NCBI GenBank assembly: GCA_964504535.1
Contig: CAZDED010000001.1
Location: 101,804 to 165,803, forward strand
Length of the DNA: 64,000 nt
Direction: 5' to 3'
DNA from: an uncultured Gammaproteobacteria bacterium
Lineage (GTDB): Bacteria > Patescibacteriota > Microgenomatia > Levybacterales > GWA1-39-11
Positions 9,030 through 20,470 of the stretch are shown one piece after another. Numbering within the stretch: position 1 is the stretch's first letter; each line of letters opens with the position of its first letter. The notes beneath the pieces were generated by a model, which searched no databases, had not been told where the DNA came from, and saw nothing but the letters and a program-made list of their open reading frames with translations. The translations under genes were made by a program, and so were the position numbers.

Positions 9030-10526
9030 ATGGCAAACCGTATCAAGCGGTTGCCAAGCTCAAAAAGATCTGCCCCGATCTACACTCGCTTTAAAAAGTT
9101 TGGTAATTTCTCAACATTCAAATTAAAGATAAAAAACCTTTTAAAAAGAGCTGGTAAAACAATTGACAGAAAACCTTTAACCTCATTCTTTGTTGTGCTT
9201 CTTGTGATTTTTGTTCTCATCGTGGCTGGTTCTTTTTTAAGAAAACCAAAGCAGGAAGCAACAGTTACCCCTCCTGAGAAAGAAGTTGCTGCCTATTCTA
9301 TAGGCTCTGCACCAACTATTAAGGTACAGGCACAAATTGAAAAAAGTGGAGTTATTAAAGTTGTAGCCCAGACTCCTGGAATCGTCAGTACTATAAACGT
9401 CAGCGAAGGCCAACAGGTCGGCAAAGGAACAACGCTCGTAAGTCTTTCCTCAAATTATCAGGGAGGAAATGCAGCTGGAGTTCAACGTGAAATCGCATAC
9501 GCTACCAACAAAAATGCGAAAGACACACTAGATACACAAAAAGATATCATCAAAAAACAAAGAGATTTAGCTAATAAGTCAGATGATAATTCAGATCAAC
9601 TAAGAGACATCACTTCAAAATCAATTGATGAAACAAAATCACTTTTAAGTCTCAATCAAGACATTGTTTCAAGTCTTAATTCGACCCTTTCAACTCTTGA
9701 ATCAACAAATGTTGGAGGAGCAAACGACGCTCAGATCCTACAGACAAAACAAATTATTTCTCAATATCAGTCAGCTGTCAATCAACTTCAGACAGGAGTA
9801 AGAGCATCTGAATATCAAGGAGCCGGTGACAAACCACCTGCAGATCTTTCTAATATGACCAAAGACCTTACTCAAAGACAGTTAGATCTTCAAGAAAAAG
9901 CACTTACCCTTTCAGTTGAGGTCTCGGCACTTCAATTAAAACTTGCCCAAATCCAGGAAGGAACCATGCATCCAGCCGCTCCATTTACAGGAGTCGTTGA
10001 CAGAATCTATGTCACTGAAGGAGAAGCAGTCAACCCTGGAACACCAATTGCTCTTATTCATGGCGCACAAAAGCTAAAGGCAGTAGCTCGAGTGCCAAGA
10101 GACATTGCGCAAAAATTATCCCAAGTTGATGAGGCTACCCTTTCAATTGATGGAAAAACATATAAGACTGCGCCGGTCTATATCTCAACAGAGGCAACTG
10201 ATGGATCACTATACTCCGTAATTTTTGATGTACCGACAGACTTTCAAGACAATCTGACTAACAACGAATTCATAACGGTTGAACTACCTGTTGGATACGC
10301 TGATACCTCAACAGCAGTTCCTTTTGTTCCGCTGGATGCCATCTATCAAAGCACAGATTCCTCATATGTTTTTGTAATCAAAAACGGCAAGGCAACTACT
10401 AAAAAGGTCAAATTAGGGTCTATCGTCGGACAATATGCACAAATAGAATCGGGTCTTACTTCGGGAGATGAGATTGTCCTGACAAGAACGGTTGTGGCAG
10501 GGGATAGTGTGCGCCGCACCAAATAA
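9030..10526 (+). CDS. RND efflux adaptor subunit with a long coiled coil
   Basis: TM helix, lipoyl half-motifs (AQTPGIV..VSEGQQV; APFTGVV..V.EGE.V.PG) and a C-terminal SGL..GD.IV motif. Confidence 0.85.
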   Translation: MANRIKRLPSSKRSAPIYTRFKKFGNFSTFKLKIKNLLKRAGKTIDRKPLTSFFVVLLVIFVLIVAGSFLRKPKQEATVTPPEKEVAAYSIGSAPTIKVQAQIEKSGVIKVVAQTPGIVSTINVSEGQQVGKGTTLVSLSSNYQGGNAAGVQREIAYATNKNAKDTLDTQKDIIKKQRDLANKSDDNSDQLRDITSKSIDETKSLLSLNQDIVSSLNSTLSTLESTNVGGANDAQILQTKQIISQYQSAVNQLQTGVRASEYQGAGDKPPADLSNMTKDLTQRQLDLQEKALTLSVEVSALQLKLAQIQEGTMHPAAPFTGVVDRIYVTEGEAVNPGTPIALIHGAQKLKAVARVPRDIAQKLSQVDEATLSIDGKTYKTAPVYISTEATDGSLYSVIFDVPTDFQDNLTNNEFITVELPVGYADTSTAVPFVPLDAIYQSTDSSYVFVIKNGKATTKKVKLGSIVGQYAQIESGLTSGDEIVLTRTVVAGDSVRRTK

Positions 10527-10532
10527 CATCTC

Positions 10533-13500
10533 ATGGAACAAAAAAATTCATACCTGTCACGTCTTAAGTTTGATCCGACTTTGCTTTCATCCTTTAAAGC
10601 AAAATATTTATCTAATATCCGCATTGTTCTGTTGTTGCTTTTTTTGATCGTTGCAACTGGAGTATCAAGTTTTCTGACCCTTCCGAGAAGACTAAATCCT
10701 GAAGTCAAAATCCCAATCGTTGCCGTGACAACTATTTTGCCCGGTGCAAGCCCAAAAGATGTTGAGGAACTCGTCACAAACCCAATTGAAGACGCCATCA
10801 AAGGAACGAAGGGAATAACAACCCTTAACTCAAGTTCCAACGAATCAGCTTCAACAATAATTGTTGAGTTTAGCTCAAATATAAGTCCAGACAAAGCTGA
10901 GGCTGATTTAAAATCAGCAGTAGATACCGTAACAGATCTGCCTGAGGATGCAAAAGACCCAATTGTCAGAAAGTTTGATTTTGAGGACCAACCGATATGG
11001 ATATTTGCCGTAAAAAGTAATGATCCGGCATCACTTTATAGGTTTTCAAAGCAGTTAAGAGATAAGCTTGAGGATGATTCTATTATCGACAGAGTGACCG
11101 TGAGTGGCCTTGAGGATCAGGAAATCCAAATCCTTGCTGACGCTGAGGAAATAACCAACAACGGAATAAATCCCCTAATGCTGTCAGGAACCATCCGCTC
11201 ACTCTTGGCATCCTACCCGTCAGGAAATGTAAATTCACAAAGTCTCTCATTCCCAGTCGGCATTAATCCATCAATTGCTTCAACAAATGATCTTCGCAAT
11301 ATGACTCTTAAAGTAGAGGGAGAACAGGTAAAACTATCTGATATCGCCTCAGTCTCTGAAAAGACAAAACCAGGACTTCAGAAGGCGTTTATTGCTGACA
11401 ACGCTTCAAAAGCAGAAACGGTAGCTACCTTTTCAGTCTATAAAAACAGTTCAGCAACTATTGATGAAGGATCACAAAGGACAAAAAAGATTGTTGAGGA
11501 TATGATAAAACCATACAAAGACACGTTCAAAGTCGTTAGTATCACAGATTCTTCCCATCTTATAGATGATGAATTTGGAAATTTAACTGACAGTTTTCGT
11601 GACACATTAATACTTGTCTTTATTACATTTCTTATTTTCCTTGGTATCAGACAAGCGCTCATTGCTGTTCTTACCATCCCACTCACCTTTCTTGCTACTT
11701 TTACCGTCATCCACAGCGTTGGACTCTCACTAAATTTCTTGACTTTATTTTCACTTCTTCTGGCTCTTGGACTTTTAGTCGATGACACGATTGTTGTAGT
11801 AACCGGTATGACTTCTTACTACAGAACCAAAAAATTTACACCACATCAGACTGGTCTTTTGGTATGGCGCGATCTTATTGTTCCCATCTGGAGCACAACA
11901 ATTACAACATCATGGGCATTTTTACCTTTACTTCTTTCGACAGGAATCATAGGAGAATTCATAAAAACAATTCCAATAGTGGTCGCAACAACTCTCTATT
12001 CATCAACAGCAATTGCTGTTCTTATAACAATACCACTTATGATTGTTGTCTTGAAATTTAACATCCCCAGAAGAGTTGCCATCCTCATGAAGATCGTTAC
12101 TATTCTTCTTGTTGTATTTCTTATATTGACCCTATTTAAAGGCAACCCCTTTGTGATAGTGATTCTTTTATTGACCGCTCTTTTTGCATATATAACGATA
12201 AGGGAAAGGGCATTGCTATACTCGAAATTTGAAGATCTTATTGGCCGTACAAGAATCAGAAATACTAAAGTTCTTGCTACTCGCTTCAATGAACGGTTGA
12301 TAGATATAGAGCATCTAGCACTTTACTACAAACGGGTCATATTAAGGATTCTTTCATCGAAGTCTGCAAGGAAAAAAGTTCTGATAGCAGTTGTCATCTT
12401 CTCTATCTTTTCATATCTTTTGGTTCCTTTAGGATTTGTTACCAATGAATTCTTTCCTAAAAGCGAAAACGATTATATCTATGTGAATTTGGAGATGCCA
12501 AGCGGATCAAATACAACAACCGTCACAAATGCCACAAGTTCACTTCTTGAAAAATTGAGAAAAACAAACGGCATAGAATATGTGTCTGCTGAGGTCGGTA
12601 AAGGGATTGATGCCGGAGCACAAGACTTTAGATCAGGTGGAAATGTAGCACTATTTACATTGTCACTTCCTTCGAAAAATGAAAGAAAAATCGACTCGCT
12701 TGAAATTGCAAATAACATTCGGGAAGAACTAAAACACATCAAAAGTGAAGGAAAAATTTCAGTCGTTGAGTTGTCTGGAGGACCACCGGCTGGAGCTGAA
12801 GTTCAAGTGCAACTATTGGGGGATGATTTGGCGAAACTTGACAGTTATGCAGATCAGATAATGGCTTTTCTTCAAAAACAGCAAGGAATAATTAATGTAA
12901 CAAAATCAGTAAATCCCGGCACGTCAAAGATAGTATTTGTTCCTGATTCTTCAAAATTAGCTGCTTCGGGAATATCACAAGACTCACTTGGTATATGGCT
13001 CAGAACTTTCACAACGGGTCTCACGTTTAAAAGTGTTAAATTCGGGGAGAAAGAATCAAAAGACGTTGTGTTTCGTATGAATCAAGACACACAAAGCCCT
13101 GAGGATCTTTCCCGTCTTTCAGTTCCGGATAGCGACAAATCGTATGTGCCTTTACTCTCTTTGGGAGAACTGAAATTAGATACAAATCCAACCGCAATAA
13201 CGCATCTTGATACCAAAAGGACGATATCGGTGAGTGCTGGAGTGAGTAAAGGTTATTCTGTTTCAAAATCGAATGAAAGCTTGCTGAAATATGTAGATGG
13301 ACTAAAACTTACTGACGGATATGAGTATAGGACTGGTGGGGTTAATGAAGAAAATCAAAAATCAGTCACCTCAATCCTACAATCTATGATCCTTGCTGGG
13401 ATTTTGATTTTAGCAACTATGGTCATCCAGTTCAGAAGTTATAGAAAGGCTCTTATTGTCATGCTTGTTATTCCCCTTGCCGTCTCTGGAGTATTTATCG

Positions 13501-13880
13501 TATTTGCACTTACCGGTACGCCACTTTCTTTCCCAGCACTTATCGGGGTGCTTTCCCTCTTTGGAATAGTGGTAACACACGCCATGTTTTTAGTGGACAA
13601 ATTCAATAGAAACTTAGCAATAAATATGCCATTTAAAGAAGCTATTGCAGATGGTGCCGCAAGTAGGCTAGAGCCGGTCTTTATTGGGTCATTTACCACC
13701 ATTGTGGGACTTATCCCTATCTCTTTATCAAATCCTCTCTGGCGTGGACTTGGAGGGGCTATTATTGCAGGACTCGCTTTTTCAGGAATCATCATGTTAT
13801 TCTTCATTCCGGTAATGTACTATATCGTGTATAGGCACGACTATGAGAAGAAAACTTCTGGAACAAATCCCCGAGTTTAG
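10533..13880 (+). CDS. AcrB/AcrD/AcrF-family RND permease
   Basis: 1115 aa; PGASP.DVE..VT.PIE, GLLVDD (TM4), two large loops, 12+ TM helices. Confidence 0.93.
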   Translation: MEQKNSYLSRLKFDPTLLSSFKAKYLSNIRIVLLLLFLIVATGVSSFLTLPRRLNPEVKIPIVAVTTILPGASPKDVEELVTNPIEDAIKGTKGITTLNSSSNESASTIIVEFSSNISPDKAEADLKSAVDTVTDLPEDAKDPIVRKFDFEDQPIWIFAVKSNDPASLYRFSKQLRDKLEDDSIIDRVTVSGLEDQEIQILADAEEITNNGINPLMLSGTIRSLLASYPSGNVNSQSLSFPVGINPSIASTNDLRNMTLKVEGEQVKLSDIASVSEKTKPGLQKAFIADNASKAETVATFSVYKNSSATIDEGSQRTKKIVEDMIKPYKDTFKVVSITDSSHLIDDEFGNLTDSFRDTLILVFITFLIFLGIRQALIAVLTIPLTFLATFTVIHSVGLSLNFLTLFSLLLALGLLVDDTIVVVTGMTSYYRTKKFTPHQTGLLVWRDLIVPIWSTTITTSWAFLPLLLSTGIIGEFIKTIPIVVATTLYSSTAIAVLITIPLMIVVLKFNIPRRVAILMKIVTILLVVFLILTLFKGNPFVIVILLLTALFAYITIRERALLYSKFEDLIGRTRIRNTKVLATRFNERLIDIEHLALYYKRVILRILSSKSARKKVLIAVVIFSIFSYLLVPLGFVTNEFFPKSENDYIYVNLEMPSGSNTTTVTNATSSLLEKLRKTNGIEYVSAEVGKGIDAGAQDFRSGGNVALFTLSLPSKNERKIDSLEIANNIREELKHIKSEGKISVVELSGGPPAGAEVQVQLLGDDLAKLDSYADQIMAFLQKQQGIINVTKSVNPGTSKIVFVPDSSKLAASGISQDSLGIWLRTFTTGLTFKSVKFGEKESKDVVFRMNQDTQSPEDLSRLSVPDSDKSYVPLLSLGELKLDTNPTAITHLDTKRTISVSAGVSKGYSVSKSNESLLKYVDGLKLTDGYEYRTGGVNEENQKSVTSILQSMILAGILILATMVIQFRSYRKALIVMLVIPLAVSGVFIVFALTGTPLSFPALIGVLSLFGIVVTHAMFLVDKFNRNLAINMPFKEAIADGAASRLEPVFIGSFTTIVGLIPISLSNPLWRGLGGAIIAGLAFSGIIMLFFIPVMYYIVYRHDYEKKTSGTNPRV

Positions 13881-14661
13881 GAAAAAAATCCGTTCCTTTT
13901 ATAAAGAAAACAAACGAGAATTTGCGTGGCGAAATACTTCTGACCCTTACGAAATACTCGTCTCGGAAATGATGCTTCAGCAAACCCAAACAGGACGGGT
14001 TATTGAAAAATATGCGTCATTTTTAAATGCCTTTCCAACCGTTTCACACCTTTCAAAAGCATCCACTTCAGAAGTCTTAAAGGCATGGCAGGGCTTGGGA
14101 TACAACAGAAGAGCACTATATCTGAAGCGCACAGCTGAGATAATTTGTGAAAAGCACGATGGTACTTTTCCCAAGCTCAAAGAGGAATTAGTAGAACTCT
14201 CCGGAATAGGTGAAAATACAGCTGGTGCGGTAATTGCATTTGCTTATAATGAACCGGTAATTTTTATCGAAACTAATATAAGACGTGTATTTATTCATGA
14301 ATTTTTCCGTGAAAAAGAAATTGTTGACGATCAGGAAATTTACCCACTCATTGAAGCCTCTTTAGACACCAAAAATCCACGCGAATGGTACTATGCGTTG
14401 ATGGATTATGGCGCCCATTTAGGAAAAACGGTAGTTAACCCAAACAGGAAAAGTAAGACGTATTCCAAACAATCAAAGTTTGAAGGATCACTGCGTCAAG
14501 TCCGCGGAAAGATATTAAAACTCCTTTTGGAAAAGCCTACGACTGAAACGTCACTATCAAAACGAATTGAGAACAAAGAGTTTTATGCAACAGCTCTTCA
14601 TCAATTAGAAAAAGAAGGTTTTATTGTAAGAAAATCAAATAATCTTTCTCTAAAGCCTTGA
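13843..14661 (+). CDS. mutY: A/G-specific adenine glycosylase (MutY-like, HhH-GPD) lacking Fe-S cluster cysteines
   Basis: WR..DPY.ILVSEMMLQQTQ, W.GLGY.RRA and HhH LSGIG..TAGA motifs. Confidence 0.8.
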   Translation: MRRKLLEQIPEFRKKIRSFYKENKREFAWRNTSDPYEILVSEMMLQQTQTGRVIEKYASFLNAFPTVSHLSKASTSEVLKAWQGLGYNRRALYLKRTAEIICEKHDGTFPKLKEELVELSGIGENTAGAVIAFAYNEPVIFIETNIRRVFIHEFFREKEIVDDQEIYPLIEASLDTKNPREWYYALMDYGAHLGKTVVNPNRKSKTYSKQSKFEGSLRQVRGKILKLLLEKPTTETSLSKRIENKEFYATALHQLEKEGFIVRKSNNLSLKP

Positions 14662-14692
14662 TTTTAAAAGTGTATTTTTCTAAGATATATAT

Positions 14693-15469
14693 ATGACAGA
14701 TCTAAAGAATTTCTTTAAAGAAAACAAACTTGTCCAAAATTACGCATGGATTCTTATTCTTACCGTTTTTTTCCTCTGGCTGGTCAATTATTTTAATATT
14801 TCCTATCCTCTCACCATAACCTCCCGCGCTGCATCTGGAGAATTAGCAGTTGTTGGCGAAGGAAAGGTCGATATAACTCCAAATAACGCATCTGTTGATC
14901 TTGGGATTGTAACCAATGATGCAAAGTCCGTTGATGATGCACAAAGTCAGATAAATAAAGTAAATAACGCAATTGTTGCAAATCTTACACAACTCGGGAT
15001 TGATAAAAAGGATATAAAGACTTCAAATTATTCGATAATGCCTAATTATGATTACTCCAAAGGTGGGGCTGGAACTATTACCGGATACAATGGCAACACA
15101 ACTGTTACAGTTAAAGTGAAAGACACTTCAAAGTTACCTGACGTAATTGCGGCCGCAACCAAGGGTGGCGCAAATCAAGTAATGGGCACCAACTACTCCG
15201 TCGAATCTCCGGAAAAATACAGAGAGCAAGCCCGCAATAAGGCCATAACAAATGCTAAAGAGCAGGCACAAAAATTGGCAGGAGAACTAGGAATTAGACT
15301 TGGAAAAGTCACAAACATTGTAGAGTCTACAAATGACAATGGATCTTATCCATTAATGTATAAAGCTGAAGCGGTAAGTATGGGCGGTGGAAATGCTCCT
15401 GTCCCAGATCTTCAACCAGGAACCCAAACAATCTCATCCTCAGTCACTCTCTACTTCGAAAAGAGATAG
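14693..15469 (+). CDS. SIMPL (DUF541) domain protein
   Basis: V.GEGKV...PN.A, DIKTSNYSI.P.Y, A..NAKEQAQKLA..LG..LG and PG.Q.ISSSV motifs. Confidence 0.9.
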   Translation: MTDLKNFFKENKLVQNYAWILILTVFFLWLVNYFNISYPLTITSRAASGELAVVGEGKVDITPNNASVDLGIVTNDAKSVDDAQSQINKVNNAIVANLTQLGIDKKDIKTSNYSIMPNYDYSKGGAGTITGYNGNTTVTVKVKDTSKLPDVIAAATKGGANQVMGTNYSVESPEKYREQARNKAITNAKEQAQKLAGELGIRLGKVTNIVESTNDNGSYPLMYKAEAVSMGGGNAPVPDLQPGTQTISSSVTLYFEKR

Positions 15470-15472
15470 TAA

Positions 15473-16645
<1,173 letters not shown>

Positions 16646-16738
16646 ATTTTTGCATTTCATGGCGGCGCCGTTTCAGAGGCCGAGATGACGCTTGCGCTAA
16701 ACTTGACACACTCACCTCTTTTTTACTATCATGGATAT

Positions 16739-17470
16739 ATGCGAAAAAGACTGCTCGTTATATTTTCTGTCTTAATTTTCGGAATTTCTCCATCCCTTGC
16801 TTTTGCTGAAGATTCTGCAACTACAAATACTATCACCTCTGATACTACCGTTACTGCTACCCCTACCACGACAAAAGAAAAACATAACGAAACATCAAAG
16901 GTCCGCCCTACTATCGCCTCCGCCATGAAAGATGCAAAAACTGAAATGCACGACAAGAAGGAAGAGGTAAGAACAGAATTTAAAACGAAACTGGCAGAAA
17001 TCAAAGACGCTAAGAAGCAATCTATAGTCACAAATATTGATGCCAGAATCAATACAATCAATAAGAACCGGACTGATGAAATGTCTAAAAGACTAGAAAG
17101 ACTTACTACTATTCTTACAAAAATATCTACAAAAGAGGCTACTCTTTCTTCCGAAGGAAAAAACACCACGACGTTGAAAAACGATATCACAGCAGCAACT
17201 ACTGCAATCAATGCAGCAATTACTGCAGTTAGTGATCAGGCTGCAAAAGACTATGTCGTAACACTAACAACTGATACTGCACTTAAAACCAACGTCTCAA
17301 CAGTAATAAAGCAATTCATGTCTGATATGAAGGCTGTGTATGCTAAAGTTGTCGCTGCCCAGTCAGCAGTACGTAAGGCTCATACGGATCTTGCAAAACT
17401 TATGGGTGTCACTCCATCCCCTACAACAACTACACCAACAGTGACGGCAACAACTACACCAACGCCATAA
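16739..17470 (+). CDS. Secreted helical/coiled-coil protein
   Basis: Signal peptide (AFA-E) from ATG 16739, downstream of TTGACA at 16703; Thr/Pro tail. Confidence 0.7.
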   Translation: MRKRLLVIFSVLIFGISPSLAFAEDSATTNTITSDTTVTATPTTTKEKHNETSKVRPTIASAMKDAKTEMHDKKEEVRTEFKTKLAEIKDAKKQSIVTNIDARINTINKNRTDEMSKRLERLTTILTKISTKEATLSSEGKNTTTLKNDITAATTAINAAITAVSDQAAKDYVVTLTTDTALKTNVSTVIKQFMSDMKAVYAKVVAAQSAVRKAHTDLAKLMGVTPSPTTTTPTVTATTTPTP

Positions 17471-17481
17471 CAATCTAAAAT

Positions 17482-17946
17482 ATGGAAAATAAAGACCAAA
17501 CAACACCAACAACACAAATCCCACCAACACCGGTTCAACCGGAAGCTACAACGCCAGCAACACCTCCTCCAACGACGGGCGCTCCTTCCGCAAGTCAGAC
17601 TACTGTACCTCCTACTCCCGTCCCACCAACACCTCCACCTGTTGCAGCAACAGCTCCTGTTGTTGCACCACCTTCTTCTGGAAAGAAAAATAACGGACTT
17701 CTTGTCGTGGCATTTATCCTTGTTACATTAATCATTATTCTAGGAGCACTTTATTACATCATCATGAAGCAATCCTCATCTCAACAGCAAGTTTCGCCAA
17801 CTCCTGTTCAAAAGATTGTCGTCACCCCAACAACGCCACCGGTAACTCCAACCATTACACCAACTGATGAGGATATACTAACTACTCCAGTCCCCAATCC
17901 TGAGGAGGACACCACCCAGCTTAATACAGAAATCCAAGGACTTTAA
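17482..17946 (+). CDS. Pro/Thr-rich single-pass membrane protein
   Basis: Low-complexity P/T regions flanking one TM helix. Confidence 0.7.
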   Translation: MENKDQTTPTTQIPPTPVQPEATTPATPPPTTGAPSASQTTVPPTPVPPTPPPVAATAPVVAPPSSGKKNNGLLVVAFILVTLIIILGALYYIIMKQSSSQQQVSPTPVQKIVVTPTTPPVTPTITPTDEDILTTPVPNPEEDTTQLNTEIQGL

Positions 17947-17947
17947 T

Positions 17948-18280
17948 TTACGAAAGACTTGAAAGAAGAGAAGAAACGAGAGAGACTACTATGCTAAAAA
18001 GTATGGCTGTCAAAATTCCACTCACATAAAATCCGGGTACGACTGATCCAACAAGCAGAACAAGAAGTCCATTTAAGATCAATAAGAACACTCCAAGTGT
18101 CAAAATCGTTAGCGGGATAGTCAAAATCACTAGAACCGGTTTTAGGAATGTATTAACAACACCCAAAACTATAGCTACTACCACAAGCGTTGTTATAGAG
18201 TCTATTGTTACACCCGGGATGAGAAATGCAGCCACAAATACCGAGATTGTCAGGATGATGAGTCGAAGTATCAAATTCAT
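17948..18280 (-). CDS. 4-TM phage-holin-like family membrane protein (YvlD/DUF360-like)
   Basis: N..LKPVL.ILTIPLTILTLG.F...LN and PGF.V.G...A motifs. Confidence 0.85.
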   Translation of the reverse strand: MNLILRLIILTISVFVAAFLIPGVTIDSITTLVVVAIVLGVVNTFLKPVLVILTIPLTILTLGVFLLILNGLLVLLVGSVVPGFYVSGILTAILFSIVVSLVSSLLSSLS

Positions 18281-18315
18281 TCTTTTATTATATCCCTATG
18301 CATAGATTTATCAAC

Positions 18316-19371
18316 TCATGCCGATCTTCTGAGATTGAATTCTAAAAGATTTTTTAGTATTTCTTTTTGATTTTTCTCCCCTTCCAAATTATTAAAAATT
18401 CTCCAGACGTTAACCATGATATTTTCGATATCCTGATCCAATAGTTCTACGATTTTATACTTAGAAATTAAATTCCGGATACTACTCATTTGTAGCATGG
18501 TAAGATCTGCATTTCCAAAAGCCTCATTGAGCATTTTTCTTTCATCACTATCAACTTTTTCATAAAGAAGAGAACGTATGAGTGTTTTTTTGTTCTCCCT
18601 GATATCTGACCCCACCGGTTTCCCAATAACATTTTCGTCACCTAAAATTCCGATGACATCATCTTTCATTTGAAATATCGTCCCGATATATTCACCCAGT
18701 TCTTCAAATTCATTTTTTATAGACTCCTGTTTTTCAGAAATAATACAAGCCAAAACAAACGGGAGCGAAAAAGTATATCTCGCAGTTTTATATTTATAGA
18801 CAGAATATATTTCATCGATTGCCGCTTCTTCAGGGGTCTGACCAAACTCTGAGTCAATTCCTTCAGCTAAGGCAACAGTTTTAATCTCTTTGGATAAGTA
18901 TGCTATTAGTTTGCCAACAGATTGTGATTCAACCCCTGAGATCAACTCCATCGCCAAATAAAAGGAAACGTCTGCAACCATCATTGCTATTGAAATTCCA
19001 TAATGCTTTGCTTCTGTGGCACCGAGACTTTTGCCTTTATCTTCATAGCTTGCAAATATTGTTTTTCCGCCACGTCTCATGTAATCATTGTCGATGATGT
19101 CGTCCTGAATCAAAAGGGATGAATGTATGAGTTCAATAGCACAAGCAACTTGTATGTGATCTTTTGTAATTTTTTGACCCAATAGTTCGACAGTCAATAA
19201 GAATAACGTTCCGCGGATCAGTTTTCCTTTAAATACAAATTCCTCTAATGAATCGATGATTCCTTGCTTCTGAAGAGAATCTGGTATTTCCTCTTTTTGT
19301 AACTGTAAAAATTGTTTTAAATTTTCTTCGATAAGATTTCTTGAAGAAATCGAATATTCTTGAAATGTCAT
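18316..19371 (-). CDS. Polyprenyl diphosphate synthase
   Basis: GK.IRG, LIQDDIID...RRG, KTA.Y and FQMKDD motifs. Confidence 0.92.
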   Translation of the reverse strand: MTFQEYSISSRNLIEENLKQFLQLQKEEIPDSLQKQGIIDSLEEFVFKGKLIRGTLFLLTVELLGQKITKDHIQVACAIELIHSSLLIQDDIIDNDYMRRGGKTIFASYEDKGKSLGATEAKHYGISIAMMVADVSFYLAMELISGVESQSVGKLIAYLSKEIKTVALAEGIDSEFGQTPEEAAIDEIYSVYKYKTARYTFSLPFVLACIISEKQESIKNEFEELGEYIGTIFQMKDDVIGILGDENVIGKPVGSDIRENKKTLIRSLLYEKVDSDERKMLNEAFGNADLTMLQMSSIRNLISKYKIVELLDQDIENIMVNVWRIFNNLEGEKNQKEILKNLLEFNLRRSA

Positions 19372-19432
19372 AGTGGATTTGCTTGAACCATATTATACTT
19401 GAATTTGCAGCTTAAAAATAGTTTTGAGGCAA

Positions 19433-20443
19433 TTATTGTTGTTTTGGAGCAGGTACAATATTTAGAGGCATATTGCTCATAAATCCGGTTAGATTCTGAT
19501 GGGTGGTCTCTACAATCTTATGTAATGCTTCGTTACTATTAAAAGCATTGTGAGGCGTAACAATGACTTTTGGATGTTTTACCAACATGTGATCCTCCAG
19601 AATTGTCATTAACTTATCTTTTTCAAACGAGAGGGAAAGCAGGTCTTTCTCTTCTTCTAACAACGGCTCTTCTTCTAAAACATCAAGCCCTGCAGCTTTT
19701 ACTTTTCCGGCATCCAATGCCTTAAGAAGTGCCATACTGTCAATTAAAGCTCCCCTGGCTGTATTTATAATTACAACCCCATCCTTCATCATATTAAATT
19801 GTTCCTCCCCTATATAATGATGTGTTTCTTTCGTGTAGGGAATGTGTAGTGAAATAATATCTGATTGCTGATACAAAACAGGTAACTCCACGAATTTGCA
19901 TCCCAATTCTTTTTCGAGTGCATAATCTGGGGTTCTTTTGTAAACAATCGCGTTCATTCCAAATCCTCGCGCTATCCGTATTACGTTTGTTCCGATACTT
20001 CCAACTCCTATAACCCCAATTGTTTTTCCTCTCAGTTCAAATCCCGTTAGACCACTTGGCATAAAATTTCCTTCTTTCACCCGCTCAATGGATTCCGGAA
20101 GTCTTCTTGAGATTGCGAGAAGCAAAGCAAACGTATGCTCAGCAACAATGGTTTCGCCATATGTTGGAACATTTGAAATCAAAATGTTACGATTTTTACA
20201 TTCATCGGTATCAATATGATCAAAACCAGTGGACATTGTTGTAATAAATTTAAGATTTGGCATCTTGTCTAAAAGTTCTTTGTTAAATTGAGTATGAATG
20301 AAGGTAATTACTACGTTAAAAGTATCAAGTCCGGGGGTATTCTCATCGAGAGCTCCATCAAAAAAAACGAGTTCATTATCTTTAATTTCGTTTTGGAAAT
20401 ATTCTTTTTCCCAAGGTTCTAAGTCAAAAAAAGCTAACTTCAT
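19433..20443 (-). CDS. D-isomer-specific 2-hydroxyacid dehydrogenase (D-lactate dehydrogenase-like)
   Basis: GVIGVGSIG, INTARG, LDVLEEEP and TPHNAF motifs. Confidence 0.9.
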   Translation of the reverse strand: MKLAFFDLEPWEKEYFQNEIKDNELVFFDGALDENTPGLDTFNVVITFIHTQFNKELLDKMPNLKFITTMSTGFDHIDTDECKNRNILISNVPTYGETIVAEHTFALLLAISRRLPESIERVKEGNFMPSGLTGFELRGKTIGVIGVGSIGTNVIRIARGFGMNAIVYKRTPDYALEKELGCKFVELPVLYQQSDIISLHIPYTKETHHYIGEEQFNMMKDGVVIINTARGALIDSMALLKALDAGKVKAAGLDVLEEEPLLEEEKDLLSLSFEKDKLMTILEDHMLVKHPKVIVTPHNAFNSNEALHKIVETTHQNLTGFMSNMPLNIVPAPKQQ

Positions 20444-20470
20444 GGCAGTTAATAAAGTATATGGAATTTA

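Noticed and set aside
16655-16700. GC-rich intergenic stretch after tgt as a tRNA or ncRNA
   Set aside because: Too short, no cloverleaf or T-loop, and only weak pairing.
17948-18280. Holin-like gene as evidence of a prophage
   Set aside because: This family is a common chromosomal membrane protein, and no phage genes are nearby.
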